A stretch of DNA of 64,000 nt from Trichormus sp. ATA11-4-KO1 (GTDB lineage Bacteria; Cyanobacteriota; Cyanobacteriia; Cyanobacteriales; Nostocaceae). Made by a program: the position numbers and the translations under genes. This document shows, piece by piece, positions 20,276-29,995 of this stretch (its first letter is position 1; each line of letters starts with the position of its first letter). Under the pieces are notes generated by a model. The model saw nothing but the letters and a program-made list of their open reading frames with translations, ran no database searches and was not told the DNA's origin. The stretch is taken from NCBI GenBank assembly GCA_019358915.1, contig JAHHIM010000003.1:32001-96000 (forward strand), in the 5' to 3' direction.

Positions 20276-20440
20276 AGACATAAATACAGGAATTATGTCT
20301 AAAAATTCTCTCTTAAAGACTTGATTTTTTAAGGTTAGTCATAAAAAATAAAGATAACCTCTAACAAGTTGTAGTCCATCTTGTTAAGAACCTAACCTTA
20401 TCCAATTTTACAAGTCCGCCCCTGCGGACTTTATTTATTT
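20276..20440 (+). ncRNA. Candidate sRNA locus, copy 1 (palindrome + promoter-like region + two hairpins)
   Basis: AGACATAA-N9-TTATGTCT; TTGATT-N15-TAAAAAAT; TAACAAG/CTTGTTA hairpin; AAGTCCGC-CCCT-GCGGACTT + T tract; no ORF. Confidence 0.5.
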
Positions 20441-20485
20441 GTAGTCAAACTTTATAGTTTACCGTATGGAGATCAATCCAAATAT

Positions 20486-20638
20486 GACATAAGGAATTAT
20501 GTCTAAATATTTCATTTCATAGGCTTGATTTTTGCAATTTAATCGTAAAAAATAAAGATGCCATCTGACATAATTGTTGCCAATACAAGTAACAATTAAC
20601 CCTTATAGTGTGTGTCCGCTTTAGCGGACTTTATTTTT
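20486..20638 (+). ncRNA. Candidate sRNA locus, copy 2
   Basis: GACATAA-N4-TTATGTC; TTGATT-N15-TAAAAAAT; TAATTGTTGC/GTAACAATTA hairpin; GTCCGC-TTTA-GCGGAC + T tract. Confidence 0.5.
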
Positions 20639-20646
20639 GCCATAAT

Positions 20647-22011
20647 TTAGCCAATTTGGCTGGGAAATTCGGCGCGAAACTGATTGACAACACGATCTAG
20701 TCCCACGGAATGAGCGGCTTTGAACAATAAGCGATCGCCTGCTTGGACAAATGTTTTTAATCTCGCCAGCAAATCGGCATGAGTAGCAAAGCACTCCGAT
20801 GGAATCCCCTCGGCACTCTTGGCGATCGCTTCGGCATCTTGTCCATCCACTAAAACTAGCAAACCGTCTAATTGCAACTTTTGCACTGTTTCGCCCACTC
20901 TTTGGTGTAATTGCGGCGATCGCTCTCCCAATTCTTTCATTGCACCCAACACAGCAATTTTGCGCTTTCCGGGTGTATCTGCCAATAACTGCAAGGCAGC
21001 TACCATAGCTTCTGGTGCAGCATTATAAGTCTCATCTAAGATTAATACATCATTGGGCAAGGTGAACCGTTGCGATCGCCCCGTGGGCATATTCACCATG
21101 AAACCACTTTGTAAGTTTGACCAATCAATGCCCAAAACCTTAGCCACAGCTAAAGCCGCCAAGAAATTAGTGGCATTATGACGACCAGGCAGAGGTAAAG
21201 GTAGCTGCATTCCCTCAACTTCTATAGTTTCGTGATTGATCAGTGACCCTTGGATGTCGCCACCCGCAAGACCATAACTTAAAACTTTCCCCGACCAAAC
21301 TTGTTGCGCCGTAGCCATTAATAGGGGATTGTCATAATTGAGAATCGCCACACTATCTTGGGGCATTTCGGCTAATAACTCACATTTAGCCTGAGCGATC
21401 GCCGCTTCTGATCCCAGTAACTCAATATGCGCCGTTCCCACATTGGTAATTACCCCTATGGTCGGACGTGCTATTTGTGTGAGTTCGGCAATTTGTCCCT
21501 GACCCCGCATCGCCATTTCAATCACGGCGTAGTCATGTTCTGCATCCAGTTCTAACAAAGTTTTGGGAACACCGATTTCATTATTGAAATTCCCAAAAGT
21601 CTTGTGAACTTGTCCCTTGGTTGCCAAAACTGCGGCGATCAGTTCCTTAGTTGTAGTTTTACCTACAGAACCCGTGATCCCAATCACAGGAATATGCCAG
21701 CGATCGCGCCACCATCTGCCAATTTTTTGATATGCCTCTAAGGTGTTTCTCACCCGTAATCCAGGTAACCCTGGATTTTCGTAAGCATCATCGACAATTG
21801 CGGCAATAGCACCAGAGGCGATCGCTTTGGGGACAAATTCGTGTCCATCAAAATTTTCCCCTCGGAAAGCTAAGAAAACTTCACCCGGTTTGAGTATCCG
21901 AGTGTCTGTTTGGATAGCACTACCTACTTGTGCTAAAGCCGCCTCAGATAAATTTACAGGCTGTGCCGCAAGAACTTCTATTAATTGGGTGAGGGTGGCA
22001 GAACAAGACAT
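20647..22011 (-). CDS. murF: UDP-N-acetylmuramoyl-tripeptide--D-alanyl-D-alanine ligase
   Basis: GENFDGHEF, IGITGSVGKTTTKE, NFNNEIGVP, DETYNAAP, VLGAMKELG. Confidence 0.95.
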   Translation of the reverse strand: MSCSATLTQLIEVLAAQPVNLSEAALAQVGSAIQTDTRILKPGEVFLAFRGENFDGHEFVPKAIASGAIAAIVDDAYENPGLPGLRVRNTLEAYQKIGRWWRDRWHIPVIGITGSVGKTTTKELIAAVLATKGQVHKTFGNFNNEIGVPKTLLELDAEHDYAVIEMAMRGQGQIAELTQIARPTIGVITNVGTAHIELLGSEAAIAQAKCELLAEMPQDSVAILNYDNPLLMATAQQVWSGKVLSYGLAGGDIQGSLINHETIEVEGMQLPLPLPGRHNATNFLAALAVAKVLGIDWSNLQSGFMVNMPTGRSQRFTLPNDVLILDETYNAAPEAMVAALQLLADTPGKRKIAVLGAMKELGERSPQLHQRVGETVQKLQLDGLLVLVDGQDAEAIAKSAEGIPSECFATHADLLARLKTFVQAGDRLLFKAAHSVGLDRVVNQFRAEFPSQIG

Positions 22012-22297
22012 AATAGTCGAACTAATTTTTCAGATAAATTAATTAAATTCGCGAAATACAAAGTATACAAATTTTCTGGCGCTTACTCCCACAATTCTTG
22101 TAGAAAAAATATCCAGTAATTCAGCTATTAAGTTGTTTAAGTTTATACTCTTCTTTGAACTTTGTCGTCACTTAAAAACTATACCGTTTAGTTAGTAGTT
22201 GGTTACAGTTTTAGTAACACGACCGTTAGCTTTGTGATATCTGTGCATAAAATGATTGCGGTTAAAGACGGACTGTTCAGTTGAGGTTAATTTCATA

Positions 22298-23026
22298 ATG
22301 AAGGGAAAATATTTGACCCTGATTGGTACAGCTTTAACATTGGCATTAACTACCAATGTTGCTGTTGCTGAATCAAAAGACCCATCGACTAGTTCAGCAA
22401 AAGAAATCGAGATGTCACCAGAAGGGCTAAAAATTCTGTGTGAGGAATCCCCGCTCAATTCCCGTTGTCCAGGTGGTACACCAATTTCACCCAGCACCGA
22501 CTCTGGCAACCCGACCACACCCGGCACTATTACCACACCAGAGTCGGAAATTCCCGCCAACCCGACTGCACCCGGCAGCATCACCACACCAGAGTCGGAA
22601 ATTCCCGCCAACCCGACTGCACCCGGCAGCATCACCACACCAGAGTCGGAGATGCCAGATAACCCGACTGTACCCGGCAGCATCACCACACCAGAGTCGG
22701 AAATTCCCGCCAACCCAACCGCACCCGGCAGCATCACCACACCAGAGTCGGAAATTCCCGCCAACCCAACCGCACCCGGCAGCATCACCACACCAGAGTC
22801 GGAGATGCCAGATAACCCAACCGTACCCGGCAGCATCACCCCACCAGAGTCGGAAATTCCCGCCAACCCAACCGCACCCGGCAGCATCACCCCACCAGAG
22901 TCGGAAATTCCCGCCAACCCAACCGCACCCGGCAGCATCACCCCACCAGAGTCGGAAATTCCCGCCAACCAGACTCAACCAGTTCCAGATTCTGGTTTGC
23001 CACAAAATCCCACTTTGGGTAATTAA
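22298..23026 (+). CDS. Secreted protein with CxxxPLNSRC motif and Pro/Thr/Glu-rich 17-aa repeats
   Basis: GAGG RBS, signal peptide (AVA-E), LCEESPLNSRC, 9 x NPTAPGSITTPESEIPA-type units. Confidence 0.8.
   Translation: MKGKYLTLIGTALTLALTTNVAVAESKDPSTSSAKEIEMSPEGLKILCEESPLNSRCPGGTPISPSTDSGNPTTPGTITTPESEIPANPTAPGSITTPESEIPANPTAPGSITTPESEMPDNPTVPGSITTPESEIPANPTAPGSITTPESEIPANPTAPGSITTPESEMPDNPTVPGSITPPESEIPANPTAPGSITPPESEIPANPTAPGSITPPESEIPANQTQPVPDSGLPQNPTLGN
22508..22966 (+). repeat. Coding tandem repeat, 9 x 51 bp
   Basis: Unit AACCCGACTGCACCCGGCAGCATCACCACACCAGAGTCGGAAATTCCCGCC, contiguous with no spacers. Confidence 0.95.
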
Positions 23027-23112
23027 AAGCTTAGTTTAGTACTGCACTGCTCAGATCGGTTTCGCAGAATTCTGTAAACACCAATTGCACATTCGGGATG
23101 CTCCCAAAAACA

Positions 23113-23141
23113 GTGCCAAAGAAGTCTAGTTTCTTTGGCAC
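23113..23141. terminator. Hairpin between convergent genes
   Basis: GTGCCAAAGAA-GTCTAGT-TTCTTTGGCAC. Confidence 0.65.
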
Positions 23142-23166
23142 CATGAAAAACAACAAGAATATGTGA

Positions 23167-25050
23167 TTATTTGCTTTCTACAAAATCAGCATCAATCACA
23201 TCTTCACCTTCGCCACCTGCACCGCGATCGCCTTTTGGCTGTTCACCTGCTTGGCTATAGACAGCACTACCAATTTGCATCAGCGCTTGCTGCAACTCAT
23301 TAGTGAGAGACTTGATGCGATCAAAGTTATCTTGGTTAATTGCTTCTCGCAAATCGTGTACTAAGCCTTCGACACGAGTGCGATCGCCAGAATTAACTTT
23401 ATCACCCAGGTCTTTGAGCTGTTTTTCAGCTTGATAAGCCAAAGAGTCTGCCAAGTTTTTCGTATCTATTTGTTCACGACGTTTGCGGTCTTCTTCGGCG
23501 TGGGCTTCTGCATCCCGTACCATTTTTTCCACATCCCGCTTATCGAGAGTTGACGCACCTGTAATTGAAATCGATTGCTGTTTACCTGTGGCTTTATCTT
23601 TGGCAGTAACCGAGAGAATACCGTTAGCATCAATGTCGAAAGTAACTTCGATTTGTGGTACACCTCTGGGTGCTGATGGAATACCATCTAGGCGGAATGT
23701 ACCCAAACTTTTGTTATCTCTGGCTAGTTCTCTTTCACCTTGAAGAACGTGGACTTCTACATTTGTTTGACCATCCGCAGCCGTGGAGAAGATTTCCGAT
23801 TTTTTCACAGGAATGGTAGTATTGCGGCCAATAATCTTCGTCATCACGCCACCGAGAGTTTCCACGCCCAAAGACAAGGGTGTAACATCCAGCAGCAGGA
23901 TATCTTTGACCTCACCCGCTAACACACCTGCTTGAATCGATGCGCCAACAGCTACGACTTCATCAGGGTTCACCCCTTGGCAGGGGTCTTTACCAATGAT
24001 CTGCCGCACTAATTTTTGCACAGCCGGAATGCGAGTCGAACCACCCACCAATACAACTTCATCAATTTCCGCATTGGTAAGTTTGGCATCTTGCAATGCT
24101 TGTTGTACTGGTTTACGACAACGGTCGAGAAGATCTGAAGTCATCTCTTCAAATTTAGCCCGTGTCAACGTCATATCCAGGTGTTTCGGGCCGGATTGAG
24201 TGGCGGTGATAAAAGGAAGGTTGATATTAGTTTGAGTGGCGCTCGATAGTTCAATTTTGGCTTTCTCTGCTGCTTCAGTCAGTCTTTGCAGCGCTTGCTT
24301 ATCTTTACGCAGGTCAATACCTTCATTACTCTGGAACTCATGAGCCAGCCAATCTACTATCTTTTTATCGAAGTCGTCACCGCCTAAGTGGGTGTCACCA
24401 CTGGTAGATTTCACTTCAAATACGCCATCACCTACTTCCAAGATGGAAACGTCAAAAGTGCCACCACCAAGGTCAAAAACCAAAATTGTTTCATTCTGCT
24501 TTTTATCTAAACCATAGGCGAGGGCTGCTGCTGTCGGTTCATTAATAATGCGGAGGACTTCTAAGCCAGCAATTTTACCTGCGTCTTTGGTAGCTTGCCG
24601 TTGGGAGTCATTAAAATAAGCAGGAACCGTAATTACTGCTTGGGTCACTTTTTCGCCCAAATATTTGCTAGCATCATCAACTAACTTCCGCAAAACTTGG
24701 GCAGAAATTTCTTCAGGTGCAAATTGTTTACCAGCTGCGGGACAGTCAATTTTTACATTACCATTACTGTCTCGCAAAACTTTGTAACTAACTTCTGTCG
24801 TTTCATGGGTGACTTCTTCGTATTTGCGCCCAATAAACCGTTTGACAGAATAAAAAGTATTTTCTGGGTTCATCACTGCTTGGCGTCTAGCGATTTGACC
24901 CACCAAGCGTTCACCAGACTTGGTATAAGCCACCACCGAAGGAGTAACACGTTGTCCCTCAGCATTAGCAATTACCATAGGTTGCCCGCCTTCGATCACG
25001 GCAACACAAGAGTTTGTCGTTCCTAAATCAATTCCAACTACTTTTGCCAT
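23167..25050 (-). CDS. dnaK: Molecular chaperone DnaK (Hsp70)
   Basis: [51 protein letters not shown] terminus. Confidence 0.97.
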   Translation of the reverse strand: MAKVVGIDLGTTNSCVAVIEGGQPMVIANAEGQRVTPSVVAYTKSGERLVGQIARRQAVMNPENTFYSVKRFIGRKYEEVTHETTEVSYKVLRDSNGNVKIDCPAAGKQFAPEEISAQVLRKLVDDASKYLGEKVTQAVITVPAYFNDSQRQATKDAGKIAGLEVLRIINEPTAAALAYGLDKKQNETILVFDLGGGTFDVSILEVGDGVFEVKSTSGDTHLGGDDFDKKIVDWLAHEFQSNEGIDLRKDKQALQRLTEAAEKAKIELSSATQTNINLPFITATQSGPKHLDMTLTRAKFEEMTSDLLDRCRKPVQQALQDAKLTNAEIDEVVLVGGSTRIPAVQKLVRQIIGKDPCQGVNPDEVVAVGASIQAGVLAGEVKDILLLDVTPLSLGVETLGGVMTKIIGRNTTIPVKKSEIFSTAADGQTNVEVHVLQGERELARDNKSLGTFRLDGIPSAPRGVPQIEVTFDIDANGILSVTAKDKATGKQQSISITGASTLDKRDVEKMVRDAEAHAEEDRKRREQIDTKNLADSLAYQAEKQLKDLGDKVNSGDRTRVEGLVHDLREAINQDNFDRIKSLTNELQQALMQIGSAVYSQAGEQPKGDRGAGGEGEDVIDADFVESK

Positions 25051-25107
25051 ATGATTTTCCTCTTTCTCTTCCTCTTCAGCTTCAGCAAATATGCTTTTGA
25101 GGAAAGA

Positions 25108-25176
25108 TTAGGGATTAGGTATCCAGGATTAAGAAAATTTTTGATTAATCCTCGATCCCTAGACCCTAATCCCTAA
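25108..25176. repeat. Inverted heptamer-repeat hairpin between hsp20 and dnaK
   Basis: TTAGGGATTAGG...CCTAATCCCTAA arms with inner AGGATTAA/TTAATCCT. Confidence 0.65.
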
Positions 25177-25179
25177 TCC

Positions 25180-25674
25180 TTAGCCCAGATTAACTTTGAC
25201 GGCTTTGTGTTTTTCTGACTCAGCTTTCGGCAAACTCAAGTGGAGAATACCATTTTTGTATTCAGCTTGTACTTGGTCGTTTTGAACCATCGCAGGTAGG
25301 GGAATTACCCGTTGAAATTTGCCATAACGGAACTCAGACCGAATCACACCTTGGTCTTCAGTTCTGGCTTCAGACTTGCGTTCACCATTAATGACAACTG
25401 AATCGGGAGTCACCTCTACATCTATATCTTTGGCTTCTAAACCTGGTAATTCTAGGCTCAAGTCAATTGCATCATCAGTTTCTCTAAGTTCAGCAATGGG
25501 AACGAATGTCAATCCCCTGCTTTCACTACCATTAGTTGGTATTAACCTTTCAAACAGGCGATTCATTTGCCGTTGTAAGGTGTCAATTTCTTGCAGTGGG
25601 TCCCAACGTTCCAATCCCCGGAGTGGTTCAAAGCGTTCAATTTCCCGGAATGGTTCCCAACGAGTTAGTGCCAT
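25180..25674 (-). CDS. Small heat shock protein Hsp20/alpha-crystallin
   Basis: ELPGLEAKDIDV, EFRYGKFQRVIPLP, AEYKNGILHLSLPK; GAGGTG RBS before MALTRW. Confidence 0.95.
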   Translation of the reverse strand: MALTRWEPFREIERFEPLRGLERWDPLQEIDTLQRQMNRLFERLIPTNGSESRGLTFVPIAELRETDDAIDLSLELPGLEAKDIDVEVTPDSVVINGERKSEARTEDQGVIRSEFRYGKFQRVIPLPAMVQNDQVQAEYKNGILHLSLPKAESEKHKAVKVNLG

Positions 25675-25835
25675 AGCTATCACCTCTAAGATGCACTGTT
25701 TGATTTTGGGAGACTCAATCTTAAGCTTCCTGGCTTGCAGACAACCAGTATTTTTTCTTTAATCAATCTCTTATCTCATGAAGCTTAATCTCAAGCTTCC
25801 TATTTAACACACTAAATCAACATTACAGTTGAGTC

Positions 25836-25876
25836 GGTTCGGTTTAGTAGGAAAGTGCGATCGCAATAACCGAACC
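25836..25876. promoter_or_regulatory. Inverted repeat upstream of hsp20-dnaK
   Basis: GGTTCGGTT-N23-AACCGAACC. Confidence 0.5.
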
Positions 25877-26106
25877 AGCTGATCAGTTTTACAATTCGTT
25901 ACAAAAGGCTGTCATCAAGAATACTAGTAATTTTATCTGACTTTGTCATAACTTCCGTGGCGTAGCCATAAATTTATTTCTCATCACCGCAGAGTAGGCA
26001 AAGAAAGATGTTCATAAATTAGTTAGGCTTGTTATATAACTCCCCAAAAATAGCTTATAATACCTGAGTCTATTTTAATTTACTAGAAATTTTCTTGATT
26101 AATTGC

Positions 26107-27216
26107 ATGGCTAAAAAGTATGTAACAAACGCTTTTTTAAAAATAGAAAATTCCCAACTATATGCAATTTTTGCTTGGAGTCAGCGCACAGCAGAAATAA
26201 TTTCGGCAAAATCATGGTTAACTCTACTAGAAATTTTTGTTCATGAACATTCTCTGGAAAAAGCCTATGAAATATTTCAAAAAATTAAATCATCTGCTAT
26301 TACAGACCAAGATAAATTGATTGCACTAGATAAATATGACCAGTTAATTAAAGATGCAATAATATATTTAGCAGATGGCAGCGTCACAATTTTTGGTAAA
26401 GGATTTCGGAGTTTTATCGAAAAAGAGATGCAATTTGAACTTGGTTCATTAAGTCGAGAAAATTACCAAGTTTTGCAGCGATTGTTTTCTCAGTGTGAAT
26501 TAAATGATGATCTAGATTTGATTCAAAATCTAGAAGACTTCCGCAAAATAGTAGAAATATTAGAGAAGATAGGTTTACTGTCACCTGCTACTGGTTCTAT
26601 AAATTGGGGTGACTTGAAAAAAACAGTTCCTATTTGTCAGGCATTTGGATTAACTAGAGGAACACCTGTTGATAGATACTATCTCAGCAAATTCATTGCC
26701 GAAATTCGTCCGCAAATTGTCGGCAATGTGCTAGAAATTGGCGGAACGCCAAAAGATAAAGACTTTTATCAAGTTAATTCCGGGACTTCATATCAAATTC
26801 TCAATTTAGAAGCAGGCCCCGGCATTGATATAGTTGGGGATGTTCACAACGTATCAGTTATAGAACCAGCATCTTTCGATTCCATCATCATTTTCAATGT
26901 ATTAGAGCATTGCTATGCCCCTTGGATAGCAGTAGAAAATATTCACACTTGGTTAAAACCTGGCGGTAAATGTTTTGCTATGGTGCCAAGTGCCATTAGA
27001 GTTCATGCTACTCCCATGGATTATTGGCGACCTTTACCTGATGCTTTCGCCTCGATATTTAGAAACTTTTCCCAACAGAAATTATACGTCTATGGCAATC
27101 CTATAAGTGTGATTGCTAGTTATCATGGGATTGCAGTAGAAGAATTAACAACAGAAGAACTAGACGCTGTTCATCCAGATTATCCTGTCGCCACTTGTAT
27201 CATGGCTGAAAAATAA
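26107..27216 (+). CDS. Class I SAM-dependent methyltransferase-like protein with unassigned N-terminal region
   Basis: FGLTRGTPVDRYY, VLEIGG, SFDSIIIFNVLEH, WLKPGG, PMDYWR. Confidence 0.75.
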   Translation: MAKKYVTNAFLKIENSQLYAIFAWSQRTAEIISAKSWLTLLEIFVHEHSLEKAYEIFQKIKSSAITDQDKLIALDKYDQLIKDAIIYLADGSVTIFGKGFRSFIEKEMQFELGSLSRENYQVLQRLFSQCELNDDLDLIQNLEDFRKIVEILEKIGLLSPATGSINWGDLKKTVPICQAFGLTRGTPVDRYYLSKFIAEIRPQIVGNVLEIGGTPKDKDFYQVNSGTSYQILNLEAGPGIDIVGDVHNVSVIEPASFDSIIIFNVLEHCYAPWIAVENIHTWLKPGGKCFAMVPSAIRVHATPMDYWRPLPDAFASIFRNFSQQKLYVYGNPISVIASYHGIAVEELTTEELDAVHPDYPVATCIMAEK

Positions 27217-27254
27217 ACCTAAATGTACTTTTAACGCAGAATTATTCACAATTT

Positions 27255-27917
27255 ATGAGTAGTATCAACTTTGACGTAAAACCAGAAATAACGGTTATTC
27301 TCTGTACTTATAACCGCGCAGAATACCTAAATAACTGTATTAATAGTGTTATTGATCAAACTTTTCCAGATTGGGAACTTATTGTAGTCGATGACGGTAG
27401 TCAAGATCATACTTTTGAAATTGTTAATCCATATCTGCAAAAATTCCCTAATATTCGTTATTTGAGACATCAAAATCGGAAATTAGGATACGCAAAAAAT
27501 GCGGGAATTCAAGCATCATTTGGTAATTACATCACATTTATTGATAGTGACGATGCTTACAAACCCAATCACCTAGTTTCGCGCCTAGAATATATGCAAG
27601 CCAATCCCGAAATTGACTTAATTCAAGGTGGATTTTCTTCTACAGAAGAAATTTGGGTAGCAGATTATTTTCAACCCGGAAAAACAATTAATCTGCGAGA
27701 ATGTGTTTTAGGTCCCACTTTTTTTGGTAAAAGGCATGTATTTTTTGAGTTAAAGGGATTTAATAATATTCCTTATGGAGAAGATACCGATTTTTGGGAA
27801 CGGGCAGAAAAAATCTTCCACACCCAAAAAATTAGTGAACCTCAGACTTATATTTATACCAGAGCCGAAACGAGTATTACTAAGAGCGTTTTAGAAAAAA
27901 TTTCTTCATCTAGCTAA
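27255..27917 (+). CDS. Glycosyltransferase family 2
   Basis: TVILCTYNR, ELIVVDDGSQD, ITFIDSDD, GEDTDF. Confidence 0.9.
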   Translation: MSSINFDVKPEITVILCTYNRAEYLNNCINSVIDQTFPDWELIVVDDGSQDHTFEIVNPYLQKFPNIRYLRHQNRKLGYAKNAGIQASFGNYITFIDSDDAYKPNHLVSRLEYMQANPEIDLIQGGFSSTEEIWVADYFQPGKTINLRECVLGPTFFGKRHVFFELKGFNNIPYGEDTDFWERAEKIFHTQKISEPQTYIYTRAETSITKSVLEKISSSS

Positions 27918-27926
27918 TTAGTTGGT

Positions 27927-29252
27927 ATGAAAATTACTCCTTTACTACACCCAATCAGCAATTTTTTGAGTCGGTGCATTGCTTCTGCTTGGAAGCTATT
28001 AGTTCTAGGAATTGTGCTGAGTTCGTGTCTCATAGTTTTATCTGGTTGTCAAACTTCAGCACAGGAAAATGACGGAGTAATTCGCTTGACACTGTGGCAA
28101 GGAATTAATCCCCCAGCGAATCGGGATGTATTTCAAAAACTAGTAGATAAATTTAATCAGACTCATACTGATATCCAAGTAGAATCTATTTTTGCAGGTG
28201 GACTAGACCAACAATTGCCGAAAATACTCGCGGCGATTGTGGGAAATGTCCCTCCAGATATTCTGACTTTTTACCCACAAATTACAGGTCAGTTTGTCGA
28301 ACTAGATGCAATTCTACCTTTAGAAGATTGGCTGGAAAAATCACCTCTAAAATCGGAAGTTAGTCCCAATTTATTGGAGGCACTAACATTAGATAACCAT
28401 CTTTGGTCAGTGCCACTTTACACTAGTAATATTGGCATTTTTTACCGACCTGATTTGTTCCAAGCGGCGGGAATTACACAAACGCCGAAAACTTGGGATG
28501 AATTAAGAGAAACTGCGAAAAAATTGACTATAGACAAAAATGGCGATGGTCAACCCGAACAGTATGGAATGTTATTGCCATTGGGTAAAGGTGAATGGAC
28601 TGTCTTTAGTTGGTTACCTTTCTTATGGAGTGCTGGGGGTGAAATTATTAGCAATAATCGACCAAATTTGACTACTGATGCTGCTGTGACGGCTTTGCAG
28701 TTTTGGCAAGATTTGGTAAAAGATGGTTCAGCAAAATTGTCTGCACCTGAGCGGGGTTATGAAGAAGACGACTTTATTGCTGGTCGTGTTGCTATGCAGA
28801 TGACCGGCCCTTGGACTTATATCATGAAGTCTGATGTGGATTATCAAGTATTTCCTATGCCTGCTAGCGTGGAACAAGCTACGGCTATTGGCGATGGTAA
28901 TTTGTATGTCATGAAGACTACCCCGGTGAGAGAACAAGCTGCACTCAAGTTTTTAGAGTTTGTTTTGAGTGAAGAATTCCAAACACAATGGAGTATCGGG
29001 ACGGGTTTTCTGCCAGTGAATATTAAATCTACCCAAAGTGAAGCTTTTCAGGAATTCATTCAGCAAAAGCCAGTATTAAAAGTATTTCTGGAGCAAATGC
29101 CCGCAGCACGTGGACGACCAATTCTTGCTGGTTACAATAGTTTATCTGATAGTCTAGGCAGAGCGATCGAGGCCACCTTGCTGGGTGAATCTCCAGAAAA
29201 GGCTCTGAAAACAGCCCAAAAGCATTTAGACCTAATTTGGCAGAATAATTAA
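27927..29252 (+). CDS. Carbohydrate ABC transporter substrate-binding lipoprotein
   Basis: Lipobox LSGC; FYRPDLF, PKTWDEL, GRVAMQMTGPW. Confidence 0.88.
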   Translation: MKITPLLHPISNFLSRCIASAWKLLVLGIVLSSCLIVLSGCQTSAQENDGVIRLTLWQGINPPANRDVFQKLVDKFNQTHTDIQVESIFAGGLDQQLPKILAAIVGNVPPDILTFYPQITGQFVELDAILPLEDWLEKSPLKSEVSPNLLEALTLDNHLWSVPLYTSNIGIFYRPDLFQAAGITQTPKTWDELRETAKKLTIDKNGDGQPEQYGMLLPLGKGEWTVFSWLPFLWSAGGEIISNNRPNLTTDAAVTALQFWQDLVKDGSAKLSAPERGYEEDDFIAGRVAMQMTGPWTYIMKSDVDYQVFPMPASVEQATAIGDGNLYVMKTTPVREQAALKFLEFVLSEEFQTQWSIGTGFLPVNIKSTQSEAFQEFIQQKPVLKVFLEQMPAARGRPILAGYNSLSDSLGRAIEATLLGESPEKALKTAQKHLDLIWQNN

Positions 29253-29345
29253 AGGCTTGTAGTCAGGACTTTAGTCCTGTGTTATCAAGCCCCGCAAAAA
29301 AGTTACAGGCTTAACTTGTCACCAATGATACATATCCGTCGCCAA

Positions 29346-29558
29346 TTAAATTGTAAATGTCTCAAATGCCACCCGTACAGGTTCAGATGCAGCAGAGATA
29401 AAATTGAGCTTTTCAAAACCAATAACCTTTCCATCTTTATCCTTCATCAACAACACCTCATCCCCTGTTTCTTCAACCTCATATTCATCTTCAGGATTGC
29501 CAAACCAGACAACGAGAGTATTGCCAGTTTTGTCGTGAAAAACTTTTACTTGTGCCAT
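29346..29558 (-). CDS. DUF2283-like small protein (putative antitoxin partner)
   Basis: VKVFHDKTGNTLVVWF...LLMKDKDGKVIGFE pattern. Confidence 0.7.
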   Translation of the reverse strand: MAQVKVFHDKTGNTLVVWFGNPEDEYEVEETGDEVLLMKDKDGKVIGFEKLNFISAASEPVRVAFETFTI

Positions 29559-29881
29559 ATAACTTCTCCTTCTTTAATCGCACCTGTTCGATATGCCGTG
29601 ATCAAAAAGCCTTCACCGTTCAGCCGTTTAGTCACCGCACAAACCCATCGCTTCTCACCATCTGCACGATAAAACAAGTAAACTTGTTGATCGCTTTTAC
29701 TTAAACAAATTTCATCAGGTTCGTTGAGTGTAGCTTGAATATCAAGTTCCCGTCCTCGCATAATCGGGTGTTTAACGGTTGTAATGAGTTCCCAATAACT
29801 AACTGTCGTGCGGACATTAAAGCCAAGGGGAGTTTCGACTTCAAATAAAATTTTGTCATTGAGAAATTCATCAAAATTCAT
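29546..29881 (-). CDS. DUF4258/RelE-like putative toxin
   Basis: WELITTVKHP, PDEI, YLFYR, GFLITAY; overlaps the DUF2283-like gene. Confidence 0.6.
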   Translation of the reverse strand: MNFDEFLNDKILFEVETPLGFNVRTTVSYWELITTVKHPIMRGRELDIQATLNEPDEICLSKSDQQVYLFYRADGEKRWVCAVTKRLNGEGFLITAYRTGAIKEGEVIWHK

Positions 29882-29994
29882 CCCCGCAACTCCTCCAAAG
29901 CATCCAAATCCGCCCGAATTTCATTCTCTAAATCTCGCAGTTTCTTTAAAATTACCTTGGACGGCTCATACTTCACTTCCTCATACTCAATTTC
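29878..29994 (-). pseudogene. C-terminal remnant resembling type I R-M methyltransferase HsdM
   Basis: Reads EIEYEEVKYEPSKVILKKLRDLENEIRADLDALEELRG*; stop overlaps the next ATG (ATGA); cut off at the MITE boundary. Confidence 0.6.
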
Positions 29995-29995
29995 T

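Noticed and set aside
22508..22966. Regular repeats suggestive of a CRISPR array
   Set aside because: Units are contiguous 51-bp in-frame coding repeats with no unique spacers, and there are no cas genes in the window.
22192..23039. Long alternative-frame ORFs over the repeat (22192-22968, 22440-23039, 22487-23005)
   Set aside because: By-products of a stop-free repeat; only the 22298 frame has an RBS and signal peptide.
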